Below are positions 7,901-15,887 of a stretch of DNA of 64,000 bases, in pieces. A program made the translations under genes and the position numbers. This stretch comes from Gemmataceae bacterium (GTDB lineage Bacteria > Planctomycetota > Planctomycetia > Gemmatales > Gemmataceae). The stretch lies in assembly GCA_046350255.1 (NCBI GenBank), contig JAXMAV010000033.1, positions 5,587 through 69,586 of the forward strand, given 5' to 3'. The notes under the pieces are model-generated. The model did no database searches. It saw only the letters and a program-made list of their open reading frames with translations, and had not been told where the DNA came from. The stretch's first letter is position 1, and every line of letters starts with the position of its first letter.

Positions 7901-10432
7901 AACATAGGTAGAAACAACTCCGTCGGGGGTCACCTGGCTCACCGTGTTACTTCCTGCCTCTCCCACGTAGAGATTGCCCTGGGAATCAATGGTCAGGGCA
8001 AAGGGGAAAGAGAAGTTTGTGGCAATTGTCGAGCTTATTCCAGCCTGCGTTATCCGAACCACTCGACCGCTGTTGAATTCAGCGACGTAGAGGTTGCCCT
8101 GGGCATCCATGGCCAGGCCCGAAGGAGTGGTAAGGCCACTGGCAAAGTTGGTAACGACGCCGCCCGGAGTAACCCGGGTCACAGTGCCGGCATTGAAACT
8201 GGCAACGTAGAGATTACCCTGGGCATCCATGGCCAGCGATCCAGGAGTGTTTATTCCGGTGATAAAGGGAACGATCTGCTGGGTTTCCACTCTGACAGGC
8301 GAGGCAGTCGTATCCAGATCCAGATCCGCTCCAGTGAGTGTTACACTGGGGGCTGTTATCCTGGCACCAGCCCCCAGGCCCAGCTTCCCCACCCCATTGT
8401 CACCGCTACCGTCTGGTTTGACGTCTGCGGCCAGCTTGATCTGTCCCGTTGTGGTGGCAACCGTGTTCAACACGATCAGATTGCCTCGGGTCGTGACGTT
8501 TACCTCACCCGCCGGCGCCACCTGGACACGGTCCAGGTGCAGGTCACCCAGGCCATCGCCAAAGAACGTTGACGGCTGCTGAACCAGTCCCACCTTGACG
8601 ACTCCACTGACCTGCAATTGCAGGCGTTGGGTCACGCTTCCGATCGAACCCGTGGTCTCGAAGGTGACCTGCCCAGCCAACACCTCTGCAGTGCTATTGC
8701 TAGTATTGGTGGCAACAATTCCACCCTGGCCTGCAACAAGGGATACCGTGCCTGTGCCCACTGCCAGTGCTGCGACAGCGCCATTCTCATCGTTCAGAAC
8801 GATCCTACCCGGCCCAGTGGATTCCTGGCGGATTTCCACATTCGAGGCGCGGAAACTGGCAGAAACAATGGTAATGTCGCCCCTCTGAGTGGGACTCCCC
8901 AGGATCATGTCGTCCTCAGCAGATAGATTCGCCAACTCGTCATCGCTGATTTGCATCCCGGTAGCTGGATTGCTTGTAGCTCCTACCAGAATGGGCCGGC
9001 TAGCAACTGAGGAGAGGATGCTGAGAGTTGCCGGTCTATTGACTTTTTTGATGTTCGATCCAAAAGCATCTCCGATGTAAACAGCCCCCTGACCATCCAC
9101 GGCCAACCCCAAAGGAGTGGCTTGACTGGTGACCAGGGTGGATACCGTGCCGTCAGGCTGAACCCGAGTTACCGAATCGGGGGATGCTTGGGTGACAAAG
9201 AGATCCCCATTGGGACCAAACGCCAGGTTGCCCGGGCTATCTATCCCAGAGACGAAGGTGGAAATCTCTCCGGCAGGAGTGATCCGTTTGATGGAACTAT
9301 CGTTCAGAGCGACGAGAAGGTCGCCACTCTGGGCGAATGCAATGCCATTGGGTTGGCCCAGGTTCGACACAAAAGTCGTGATGATTCCGCTGGGAGTTAC
9401 TTTCTTCACCGAGGCATCGCCCAGGTCAGAGACGTACAGGTTATCGCTTGCATCAAAGGCCAGAGCCACGAGGGCACTGAACCCCGAAGCAAATATTGAG
9501 ACGTTCCCGGAGGGTGACACCTTCTTCACTGAGCCATCACCGGTATCGCCCACGAAAAGGTCTCCCTGGGAATTGATGGCCAGAGCTATTGGCGCGACAA
9601 AACCCGTGGCAAACGTGGACACCACTCCGGTGGGGGTCACCTTTGCGACAACCCCATCAAAGTTACTGGCCACGTAGAGATTCCCCAGTGAATCAAAGGT
9701 CAGGCCCTTGACCCCAGCAAATCCACTGAACAGGGGATCAATGACTCCACCCGCTGCCAGGACTTGCGCCGGTTGAGCACTAGTGTCGAGGCTGAGGTCG
9801 GCTCCGGTTAGTGATACGCTGACCCCTTGCACGACAACTCCGGATCCGATGGTCAGTGTTCCGACTCCGTCATCACCGCTGCCATCAGGTTGTACGTCAG
9901 CCGCCAGGGAAACTTTACCCTGAGGGATCTGGATCGATCCCTGGACATTCAGATCTCGCAACGCGCGGATCTGGACATTTATTGCATCGAAACTGCCTGG
10001 ATCGGAGTCAACCATGGTCCCGTTCAGGGTTACCGAGCCCCCGGTCGAGCTGGGGTCACTCACTATCGTCAAGTTCAATCCCGCCAGCCCTGTGCCGTTG
10101 TAATCCAGTGTGTTTCCTGATTGCCAGAGAATGTCGCCCGACTCGGAGCCGCCGGAACCGTTGCGGATGGCAACGGCACGGCCTGCCAGCAGATCGGTCC
10201 GGATATCCGCCACGGAAATGTTGGCACCTGTCCCGATGGCGGTGTAGTTCCCAGCGGAGTCATGAGCCACCTGCGAAGTGCTCGCGGCACCAATCGTGAG
10301 GTTGAAGGCCGGCAGCAGCCGTGTCTCCAGCCCTTCCAGTATCGGGCGACGCTGACCTCTGGGACAGCGCCAGGAAACGGAAGTCCGTGAACGAATAGCC
10401 CTGCTCAGCAAGGGAATCCAACGAGATAGCAT
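4988..10432 (-). CDS. Giant secreted repeat protein: beta-helix-like segments, two six-bladed NHL propellers, duplicated C-terminal modules
   Basis: 1814-aa ORF. N-terminus 'RRPILEGLETRLLPA' is the planctomycete-type leader motif. NHL blades ('DAQGNLYVA..G.V.RVTP.G.VST'). 'TWTGGVSSDWNDAANWDRGQVP' motif. Gly/Thr/Ser/Asn-rich beta-helix-like stretches. Confidence 0.9.
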   Translation of the reverse strand: MLSRWIPLLSRAIRSRTSVSWRCPRGQRRPILEGLETRLLPAFNLTIGAASTSQVAHDSAGNYTAIGTGANISVADIRTDLLAGRAVAIRNGSGGSESGDILWQSGNTLDYNGTGLAGLNLTIVSDPSSTGGSVTLNGTMVDSDPGSFDAINVQIRALRDLNVQGSIQIPQGKVSLAADVQPDGSGDDGVGTLTIGSGVVVQGVSVSLTGADLSLDTSAQPAQVLAAGGVIDPLFSGFAGVKGLTFDSLGNLYVASNFDGVVAKVTPTGVVSTFATGFVAPIALAINSQGDLFVGDTGDGSVKKVSPSGNVSIFASGFSALVALAFDASDNLYVSDLGDASVKKVTPSGIITTFVSNLGQPNGIAFAQSGDLLVALNDSSIKRITPAGEISTFVSGIDSPGNLAFGPNGDLFVTQASPDSVTRVQPDGTVSTLVTSQATPLGLAVDGQGAVYIGDAFGSNIKKVNRPATLSILSSVASRPILVGATSNPATGMQISDDELANLSAEDDMILGSPTQRGDITIVSASFRASNVEIRQESTGPGRIVLNDENGAVAALAVGTGTVSLVAGQGGIVATNTSNSTAEVLAGQVTFETTGSIGSVTQRLQLQVSGVVKVGLVQQPSTFFGDGLGDLHLDRVQVAPAGEVNVTTRGNLIVLNTVATTTGQIKLAADVKPDGSGDNGVGKLGLGAGARITAPSVTLTGADLDLDTTASPVRVETQQIVPFITGINTPGSLAMDAQGNLYVASFNAGTVTRVTPGGVVTNFASGLTTPSGLAMDAQGNLYVAEFNSGRVVRITQAGISSTIATNFSFPFALTIDSQGNLYVGEAGSNTVSQVTPDGVVSTYVTGLPSPTGLAFDAQGNLYVSNFGDGTVSRVTPARTISTLATGLQFPQGLAVDTHGNLYVADVGNNIIRLVSPNGTVSTFSDDFAAPTGLVFDAQGNLYVSNQGDGAVRKVFLGSVAIHSSVFSRPMSVGGADNAVAGINLTDSELIAFGTTGTFTLGDVNQSGTITFTSATLDARSIVVQQSLSSLAGIVLDDNFRGPALQGNPISVSLTAGTGGIREVNSGPGSNGVVTGSGSVVITTQGDVGSFSQAVNVDISRLGASTIGGNMFLASASSLTTTGTLSVGGALHLQLARSLTTHANDIQASTVNLLFTTSGVDHFDSGGLTFANMTLAGLGKLVLQSSGLRLTGKLRILLGQIDTADQPVNVGGLTTVDGNLTSGTATHIFAGGLVVNGSFAGGNGPVSTTSVALSAGSSMIIPATLSLSGDWSNNGGQVSSVAGTVIFVSSASQKILSGGQALPSLRHTGTGTLGLVDDLKLAGSLSNTSGAGNIDATNRVLQLGGDWSWGSTGRLLSNGSSVVMTGANQRISGNTIFFKLTKVVTSRATLTFEAGSTQTVNSILTLRGAAGAPLFLRSSQPGISWLINPRSTPLVANVDVQDSRNLNTVSVQPANSHNAGRNIGWVFPLATLTWTGGVSSDWNDAANWDRGQVPNNPDTVIIANPGSIQPQLSSATVVRNLILRSGTRLRLAGQALTVSAALTNQGTLALLGTESVRLLGGNDTRQGTWEYLGNNSGQIILLKDFGASDYFNLVIADQNIQLGTFRSAAGLVVRGNLAVAGGTFDAGLFPTTVLGQTTISGGSFLAGSTALSLGQRLLVSGGQFTGFAGVISVRDVALTGGTLTAPSQLKVSGNWVVSGGTFNAGLGTVQFVGVNQRLVGNTTFFNLSKVVTTADTLTFEAGSTQTVAGRLTLKGSPGQLLRLRSSVLATPWTIQPLGTVDVTLVDVQDARNTAAQVIRATQSRNSGNNSGWTFA
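4991..5269 (-). repeat. C-terminal ~93-aa module, copy B ('TFFNLSKVVTTADTLTFEAGSTQTV...VDVQDARN...NSGWTFA')
   Basis: Paralogous to the module at ~6035-6321. The similarity extends to the DNA (shared 'ggtaacgaccttgg', '...ttgaagaag.tggt.ttgcc'). Confidence 0.75.
6035..6321 (-). repeat. C-terminal ~93-aa module, copy A ('TIFFKLTKVVTSRATLTFEAGSTQTV...VDVQDSRN...NIGWVFP')
   Basis: See copy B. Same motif order about 1.05 kb upstream within the same ORF. Confidence 0.75.
7448..8470 (-). repeat. Super-module copy 2 (aa ~655-995): LAADVKPDGSGDNGVG segment + six NHL blades + 'SSVFSRPMSVGG' tail
   Basis: GNLYV blade signatures start at nt 8218, 8098, 7978, 7858, 7738 and 7618. That is an exact 40-aa / 120-nt period. 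Confidence 0.85.
8918..9940 (-). repeat. Super-module copy 1 (aa ~165-505): LAADVQPDGSGDDGVG segment + six NHL blades + 'SSVASRPILVGA' tail
   Basis: Same domain order as copy 2. Blade signatures GNLYV/GDLFV/DNLYV/GDLLV/GDLFV/GAVYI at ~40-aa spacing. Confidence 0.8.
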
Positions 10433-10672
10433 GGCTGACCTTTCGGATAGTACGCGGCAGCTCGACAGGATTCATTGCGGAGCAAGGTCGAAAACCTAAA
10501 TCGATCTTCGATCTTTTTTCTCAACACCCTGGGGATGGACCCGGCAATTTCTTACCTCGATGCCTTCCCCCGGACTCCATAGTTCACCAGCAGACCTGCT
10601 GGGCCTGATGGAAGCACCAGTTCCCACTGGGGGTGCCTGGTTCAACAGAAAACAGAACTGGCGGAGACTGCG

Positions 10673-12169
10673 ATGACGAGCATCTTGATCGCCGAGTGCA
10701 TCCATGAGGTGTGCTCATTCAACCCCGTACCGACTCGCTACCAGGACTTTGCCATTCAGCGCGGCCAGGCTCTGTTCGACTACCATCGCGGCCTGGGCAG
10801 CGAGGTTGGCGGGGCACTCCAGGTGTTTCAGGAGGTACCCGGTCTCGAGGTTCGGCCCACTTTTGGAGCACGAGGAATCACCTCGGGAGGAACCATTGCC
10901 GCCGCTGACTTCGACCGTCTGGCCGGTGAATTCCTGGCTGCACTGCGCCAGGCGGGCCCCGTCGATGGTGCCTACCTGGCCCTGCACGGTGCCATGGCCG
11001 CAGTTCAGGAGGAGGACCCCGAGGGATACTTCCTCCAGGAAGCACGGCGGATCCTCGGGGAGGATATCCCCATTGTCGCCTCGTTCGATCTGCACGGCAT
11101 CCTCACCGAACGCATGCTCCGCCATGCCGATGCCATCGTTGTCTACCACACCTACCCTCATGTGGACTTCTTGCAAACTGGGCAGAGAGCGGCCAACCTG
11201 CTCCTGCGCCTGCTTCGCCGGGAGATCCGTCCGGTCACGGCCCGCGTCGCCATACCCGCTCTGGTTCGCGGCGACGAACTGATTACCGAGACAGGGGTCT
11301 TTGGCCAGATCATCAATCAGGCACGAACCATCGAAACTGGCCCGGGTGGACTTTCCGCAGGCATGTTCATTGGTAATCCCTTCACGGATGTGCCGGAATT
11401 GTGCTGCGATAGTGTCGTGGTGCTCGATGGTGACATTGACCGTGCCCAGAGCGAGGCGCTGCGCCTGGCCACGGCATTCTGGGAACAGCGGCAGCGGATG
11501 CAGGCCCGACTCACCACCTTGCAGGAAAGCGTGCGACTGGCCCAGGCCACGACCGGCACGGTGATCCTGATGGATCCCGCCGACGCCACCAGTTCTGGAG
11601 CTTCCGGTGACTCGGCTGCCATCCTGGGTGAGCTAATCCAGGCCGGCTATCGAGGCCGGGCGCTGATCCCCATCGTCGATGCGGCCGCCGTGCAGGATGC
11701 CTGCCGGGCCGGGATCGGAGCGACCATCCACACCCGGGTCGGCGGCTCGCTAGATTCCAGCCGGCATCACTCCGTTCCCCTCAAGGCTACCGTCCGCATG
11801 CTCTCCGATGGCCGCTTTCGCAGCGAGTCGTTCGGCCAGATCTGGTTCGCGGGGACCACTGCGGTGCTCGAGGCCGACACGATCACCCTGGTTGTGACCA
11901 GTCGACCTGTCCATCTCTACGATCGCTCACTGTTTCTGGCCCATGGGCTGGATCCCAGGCAATTCGATCTGGTCGTGGTCAAATCGCCTCACTGCCAGCC
12001 ACACATGTATGCCGATTGGTGTGCGCGTCTCATCAATGTGGATGCTCCTGGCAGTACCAGCGCCAACCTGCCGACCCTGGGACACACACGCTGCAGACGG
12101 CCCATCTTCCCACTCGATACCGAGGTCCCATTTCAGCCCCAGGTACAGCTTTACTCACGACACAGGTGA
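10673..12169 (+). CDS. M81 family metallopeptidase (MlrC/microcystinase C-like)
   Basis: 498-aa ORF. The N-terminus 'ILIAECIHEVCSFNPVPT' matches the family's 'IAIGGF.HETNTFSP' start. Length and overall organisation fit the MlrC-type two-domain proteins. Confidence 0.7.
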   Translation: MTSILIAECIHEVCSFNPVPTRYQDFAIQRGQALFDYHRGLGSEVGGALQVFQEVPGLEVRPTFGARGITSGGTIAAADFDRLAGEFLAALRQAGPVDGAYLALHGAMAAVQEEDPEGYFLQEARRILGEDIPIVASFDLHGILTERMLRHADAIVVYHTYPHVDFLQTGQRAANLLLRLLRREIRPVTARVAIPALVRGDELITETGVFGQIINQARTIETGPGGLSAGMFIGNPFTDVPELCCDSVVVLDGDIDRAQSEALRLATAFWEQRQRMQARLTTLQESVRLAQATTGTVILMDPADATSSGASGDSAAILGELIQAGYRGRALIPIVDAAAVQDACRAGIGATIHTRVGGSLDSSRHHSVPLKATVRMLSDGRFRSESFGQIWFAGTTAVLEADTITLVVTSRPVHLYDRSLFLAHGLDPRQFDLVVVKSPHCQPHMYADWCARLINVDAPGSTSANLPTLGHTRCRRPIFPLDTEVPFQPQVQLYSRHR

Positions 12170-12688
12170 TCCTGACTGCATGCATCTGGAAAGTACCCAC
12201 TCCGGGTCAACTCCCCACGAGTTTGCCCGCCCGTGCGGGTTTCCATGGATTCTGTTCTCTTCTCAAAGCAAGCTTTGAACGTGAAACAGGCCCGATCAAC
12301 GCTGGTGCGAAGCGTCCAGGTCGCTGTGGCCCCATTTATCAGTGTCGGGGGCACTAACAGAAGGTAGCCACTCGCAGCCAGGTGAGGAGCGATCGTCCCC
12401 TGCGACGCCGTCGTGCTCGTGGTAGTTAGCCCATTCAGTAAAATATCGAAGACAGAAGAGGCGAAAACTCTACTTACTCACCATGCCGAGCATCAAACAT
12501 GTGCATGATCTGACCGACCTGGCAGCATGTTAGGGGCAGCAGCCATGGTCAGGTGGAAAAAGGATGACTCCGAAAGAACAGTGGCGGTGGCCATGGGTGG
12601 TGCCTTCGACAGCTAACCTTGTACAGCGGGTACCTCCGTAATAGCATCTCATTCAACAAGAACCACCCCCGCAGGAGAGTATCTCAGC

Positions 12689-14989
12689 ATGTTGGTGCAA
12701 CGTAACCTCTGCCTGGCTCTTCTGCTTGTTCACCTCGGAGCCGCGGTCGCGCAGTCTCCTCCGAAAACACCGACCGGGCCGAAGATCGCCCTGTTCCGGG
12801 AAGCCCCCACCACTAGCCTCTATTCCGCCTTCTACCTGGGTGATCCCGGCTTGCAGAAAGAGCTTGGTTTGAAGCCCGAGCAGGTGAAAAAGCTCGCGCC
12901 GCTGGTAGCATCATCCTTGCAAAAAATGAGCGACGGTGGATGGGACCGTAAACGGCGTGAATCGGTCGATCGCAGCACTGCCGAGACCCTCGCCGCCAGC
13001 CTTACTCCCGAGCAATTGCAACGCCTCCGCCAGCTCACCCTCCAACAACTCGTCCGCTTGAAGACGGGTCCCTTAACCCTGGCCCAGGATGCTGGCGTTG
13101 TCGAGGCTCTCAAGTTGACCGACGAGCAGAAGTCCGCCCTGGGGCAGCGCAAGCGTCCCGAAGAGATCCTCACCCCCGAACAGCGGAAGACCTGGGAGGC
13201 ACTTCTCGGAAAGCCCTATCCCCAGCGTCTGCACCCTCGCAACGTCCGGGGCGCTAACTCGATTCCTCCCTACGGTGGCCTGCGTCCTCGGCTCGGCATC
13301 CTCCTGAGCGTGCCTTTCGAGGAGGAACTGAAACTCACCGAGGAGCAACTCCGCAAGATCGCAACCATGCTGGAGGTGTGGTACGACCTCTACCCCGATT
13401 GCAGTATCTCGGATGAGGTCGAGGAAGAGAAGCGACTCCTCGCCGCCTGCGAGTCCGCCTTGACGGAGGCGCAGCGCATTCGATACCGCCAGGTTCTCCA
13501 CCGAGTGGATATACAGGGGCTGCAATACTTTAGCATCGGCACGGGGGCGGTCGATCCATTTCTCTACCAGCCTTTGGTGGAGGCCTGGAAGCTGACTGAT
13601 GCTCAGAAGAAGGAACGCGATTCGCTCATCAAGGCCTATCTCGACGGATTGAGGGAGCTGGCCATGTCGGATACCCCAGCAGCCGACCTACCTGGGCTCG
13701 GCGCCAAAGCATGGGCCAGGACAGCCGAGAAACTCCAGGCCCTGTTGACACCTCAACAAAAAAGCATCATGGCGGAGATGCTCGGTGCGCCTCTCGGTCC
13801 GCAGTTCCAGGGAACATTCTACTGTCCCAGAAACCCAGAGGTCGCCCGCCCGCCAGTGCCTAAGGCATACATGGCCCGCGAGGTACTCGCCTATGCGTTC
13901 TCCTCTCAATTACCCAAAGACATCCGACCCACGGCTGAGCAGGTTGCCCAATTGAAGGCCCTGGCCGCCAAGTTTGTGCCCACCCCGGCCTTCTCCGGTG
14001 AGTTCACCCAGGATCTGGATGAGGAAACAAGCAAGAAAAACGCCGAAGGTCTGGCCAATGGATTGGCGACGATTCTAAACCCCAAGCAGTTCCAGAAGAC
14101 GAGGGAGCTCGCATGCCGCAGCCTCTTATCCCGCGTGAACGGCTACCTTCCGCTTGAGGTACTCAACAACGAGGAACTGCTCGAGCCGCTCAAACTCACC
14201 GAAGCACAAAAGTTCCGCCTGGCACGCGGCGCCATCTTCAGAGACGTTCTCGAGCCTGCCCAGCGTGAGACTCTCCAGAAGATCATCGGTCCACTAGCGC
14301 CCTCCCCCCAGACTCCCCAAGGGCCAATTATCATCACCCGCGGACCGAATGGAGTTGATTATTCCGTTTCAGCCATGTGCGGCAGTGTCAGGCTGATGCA
14401 GATGAGGGTCATTGGACATCGCACCGTTCAGGAACACCTGAAGCTGACGCCGGATCAGAAGAAGGCGATCAATGAGTTGGCCACCAAGGCCATCAAGTCC
14501 GTTCCCGCCATGCCCAAACCTTCGGAGGATCGCATCGCCTGGCGTGAAAAGGTCGAGAAGCACGCCGAGCTATATTTCGAGCCTGTATCCAGGATTCTGA
14601 CCGAGACTCAGAACAAGCAGTGGAAGCAGATCGCCTACCAGCGATACGATCTGTCGTCACGCGGGCTGATTGGTCTCCTCGAAGCCCGCCCCATTCAACA
14701 GGCATTGAAACTAACTGAAGAGCAGATCAAGCGCCTGTCCGGCTCGCAGGCCAGGGAGGAGATAATAATCATGAGCTTTCTGGTCGATGCTGCCTTCAAG
14801 CTCCGGCCCGCCAACGGTCCCCCGTTTCGCCCGCTCACTCACCAGGAAATGCGTCCCATCATGGATGCTCGAATGAATCGGTTGCTTACGGCAGAGCAGA
14901 AGGCAACCCTCAAGGAGTTGCTGGGAGAGGGATTGAAATCTGGTGGATTCTACCCGTCCGGGGGTGCCTTCGCACCAATGCCCTTCTAG
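12689..14989 (+). CDS. Secreted protein built from repeated LTxxQ-type (Spy/CpxP-like) helical motifs
   Basis: 766-aa ORF. Signal peptide MLVQRNLCLALLLVHLGAAVAQ. RBS 'caggagag' 11 nt upstream. At least 16 motifs of the type L(K)LT[DEP]xQ. Confidence 0.8.
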   Translation: MLVQRNLCLALLLVHLGAAVAQSPPKTPTGPKIALFREAPTTSLYSAFYLGDPGLQKELGLKPEQVKKLAPLVASSLQKMSDGGWDRKRRESVDRSTAETLAASLTPEQLQRLRQLTLQQLVRLKTGPLTLAQDAGVVEALKLTDEQKSALGQRKRPEEILTPEQRKTWEALLGKPYPQRLHPRNVRGANSIPPYGGLRPRLGILLSVPFEEELKLTEEQLRKIATMLEVWYDLYPDCSISDEVEEEKRLLAACESALTEAQRIRYRQVLHRVDIQGLQYFSIGTGAVDPFLYQPLVEAWKLTDAQKKERDSLIKAYLDGLRELAMSDTPAADLPGLGAKAWARTAEKLQALLTPQQKSIMAEMLGAPLGPQFQGTFYCPRNPEVARPPVPKAYMAREVLAYAFSSQLPKDIRPTAEQVAQLKALAAKFVPTPAFSGEFTQDLDEETSKKNAEGLANGLATILNPKQFQKTRELACRSLLSRVNGYLPLEVLNNEELLEPLKLTEAQKFRLARGAIFRDVLEPAQRETLQKIIGPLAPSPQTPQGPIIITRGPNGVDYSVSAMCGSVRLMQMRVIGHRTVQEHLKLTPDQKKAINELATKAIKSVPAMPKPSEDRIAWREKVEKHAELYFEPVSRILTETQNKQWKQIAYQRYDLSSRGLIGLLEARPIQQALKLTEEQIKRLSGSQAREEIIIMSFLVDAAFKLRPANGPPFRPLTHQEMRPIMDARMNRLLTAEQKATLKELLGEGLKSGGFYPSGGAFAPMPF
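12866..14923 (+). repeat. At least 16 LTxxQ-like motifs, partly paired as 'LKLT.EQ ... L(T/E)P.Q....(L/I)(L/I)G.P'
   Basis: LKPEQVKKL, LTPEQLQRL, LTDEQKSAL, LTPEQRKTW, LTEEQLRKI, LTEAQRIRY, LTDAQKKER, LTPQQKSIM, PTAEQVAQL, LNPKQFQKT, LTEAQKFRL, LEPAQRETL, LTPDQKKAI, LTETQNKQW, LTEEQIKRL, LTAEQKATL. Confidence 0.8.
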
Positions 14990-15457
14990 TCTCATTTCAG
15001 AATCAGACTAGCGCGAGTTAGCTCATTCGGGTACACCGGAAGTATCCGAACGAGGGATTATCATGCCCGTCTACTCCATGGACCGACTAGCGTGCGCTGA
15101 CCGTCCGCATCGCCAACCTGAGCACCAAATCTGTCTCCCAGAGATACACCATTAGCCCCGGCTGGGTGCGCGGCTCCTTCCAGCGGCGCCGCGACTCCGG
15201 CTAGACCGCCACATGGACCACCTGTCCTGGAGGAGGCCGGGGGTGAACTCCACTACCTACCGGCATGTAGCCCGGACCTCAACCCAATCAAGCTGGCTTT
15301 CTCCAAACTCAAACGATTCTTGTGTGAGGCAGCCGGGCGGACGGTCCGGGGACTGTGGACGATTCTGGGTCAGTCGGTGGACTCGTTCATGCCCACGGAG
15401 AGCGCCGCCACCATCCACCTCTGCGGCTACATCGCAACAGGCCGATGAATTTGAGAC
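14989..15457 (+). mobile_element. Internally deleted IS630/Tc1-mariner-family remnant (MITE-like), flanked by TA
   Basis: Three transposase fragments in three frames. 'MPVYSMDRL' starts at 15063. The HTH-like piece '...VSQRYTISPGWVRGSFQRRRDSG*' runs 15100-15204. The C-terminal catalytic piece 'ELHYLPACSPDLNPIKLAFSKLKRFLCEAAGRTV...' runs 15245-15448. Ends are GTCTCAtTTCA (14989-) and TGAAttTGAGAC (-15457), flanked by TA at 14987-8 and 15458-9. Length is 469 bp against ~1.1 kb expected. Confidence 0.65.
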
Positions 15458-15490
15458 TAACTGACCCAGGAAATCCAGCACGAGGGCGTG

Positions 15491-15518
15491 TTGACAAGGC
15501 AGTCCGCCCTGGTACTAT
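15491..15518 (+). promoter_or_regulatory. Sigma-70-like promoter candidate for the padR operon
   Basis: TTGACA (15491-96), 16-nt spacer, TACTAT (15513-18), about 37 nt upstream of the padR ATG. A small inverted repeat ATGCaacGCAT follows it. Confidence 0.3.
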
Positions 15519-15554
15519 GCAACGCATGGTAGCGAGCGGAAGCGGGGACCCCTG

Positions 15555-15887
15555 ATGAGTTCATGGGAGGCGCAGCTGCGTCGGGGCGTTGTCGAGTTGG
15601 CGCTGCTAGGCGCGATCTCGCGCGGCGAGACGTACGGCTACCGGATCGTCGAGCAGCTGCGGGACCTGCCGGGCCTCGGGTTCACTGAGAGCACCGTGTA
15701 CCCGGTGCTTACGCGCCTCGCTGCAGATGGCCTCGTCGCGGTGCGCAGCGAACCGTCGAAGTCCGGGCCGCCCCGCCGCTACTACACCTTGACGGAGAAA
15801 GGCCGCGCCCGGATGGACCGGATGGCGGCCCAGTGGACGGAGTTGAGCGGGTCGCTGGCCCGCCTCCTGGAGGGAAGGACGCCATGA
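15555..15887 (+). CDS. PadR family transcriptional regulator
   Basis: 110 aa. 'ELALLGAISRGETYGYRIVEQL....FTESTVYPVLTRLAADGLV......GPPRRYYTLTEKG' is the PadR winged-helix signature. Confidence 0.9.
   Translation: MSSWEAQLRRGVVELALLGAISRGETYGYRIVEQLRDLPGLGFTESTVYPVLTRLAADGLVAVRSEPSKSGPPRRYYTLTEKGRARMDRMAAQWTELSGSLARLLEGRTP

Noticed and set aside
7448-8470. Regular 120-nt DNA periodicity that superficially resembles a repeat/spacer array
   Set aside because: It lies in-frame inside a long ORF and encodes NHL blades. The repeats are degenerate and there is no repeat-spacer structure, so it is not a CRISPR array.
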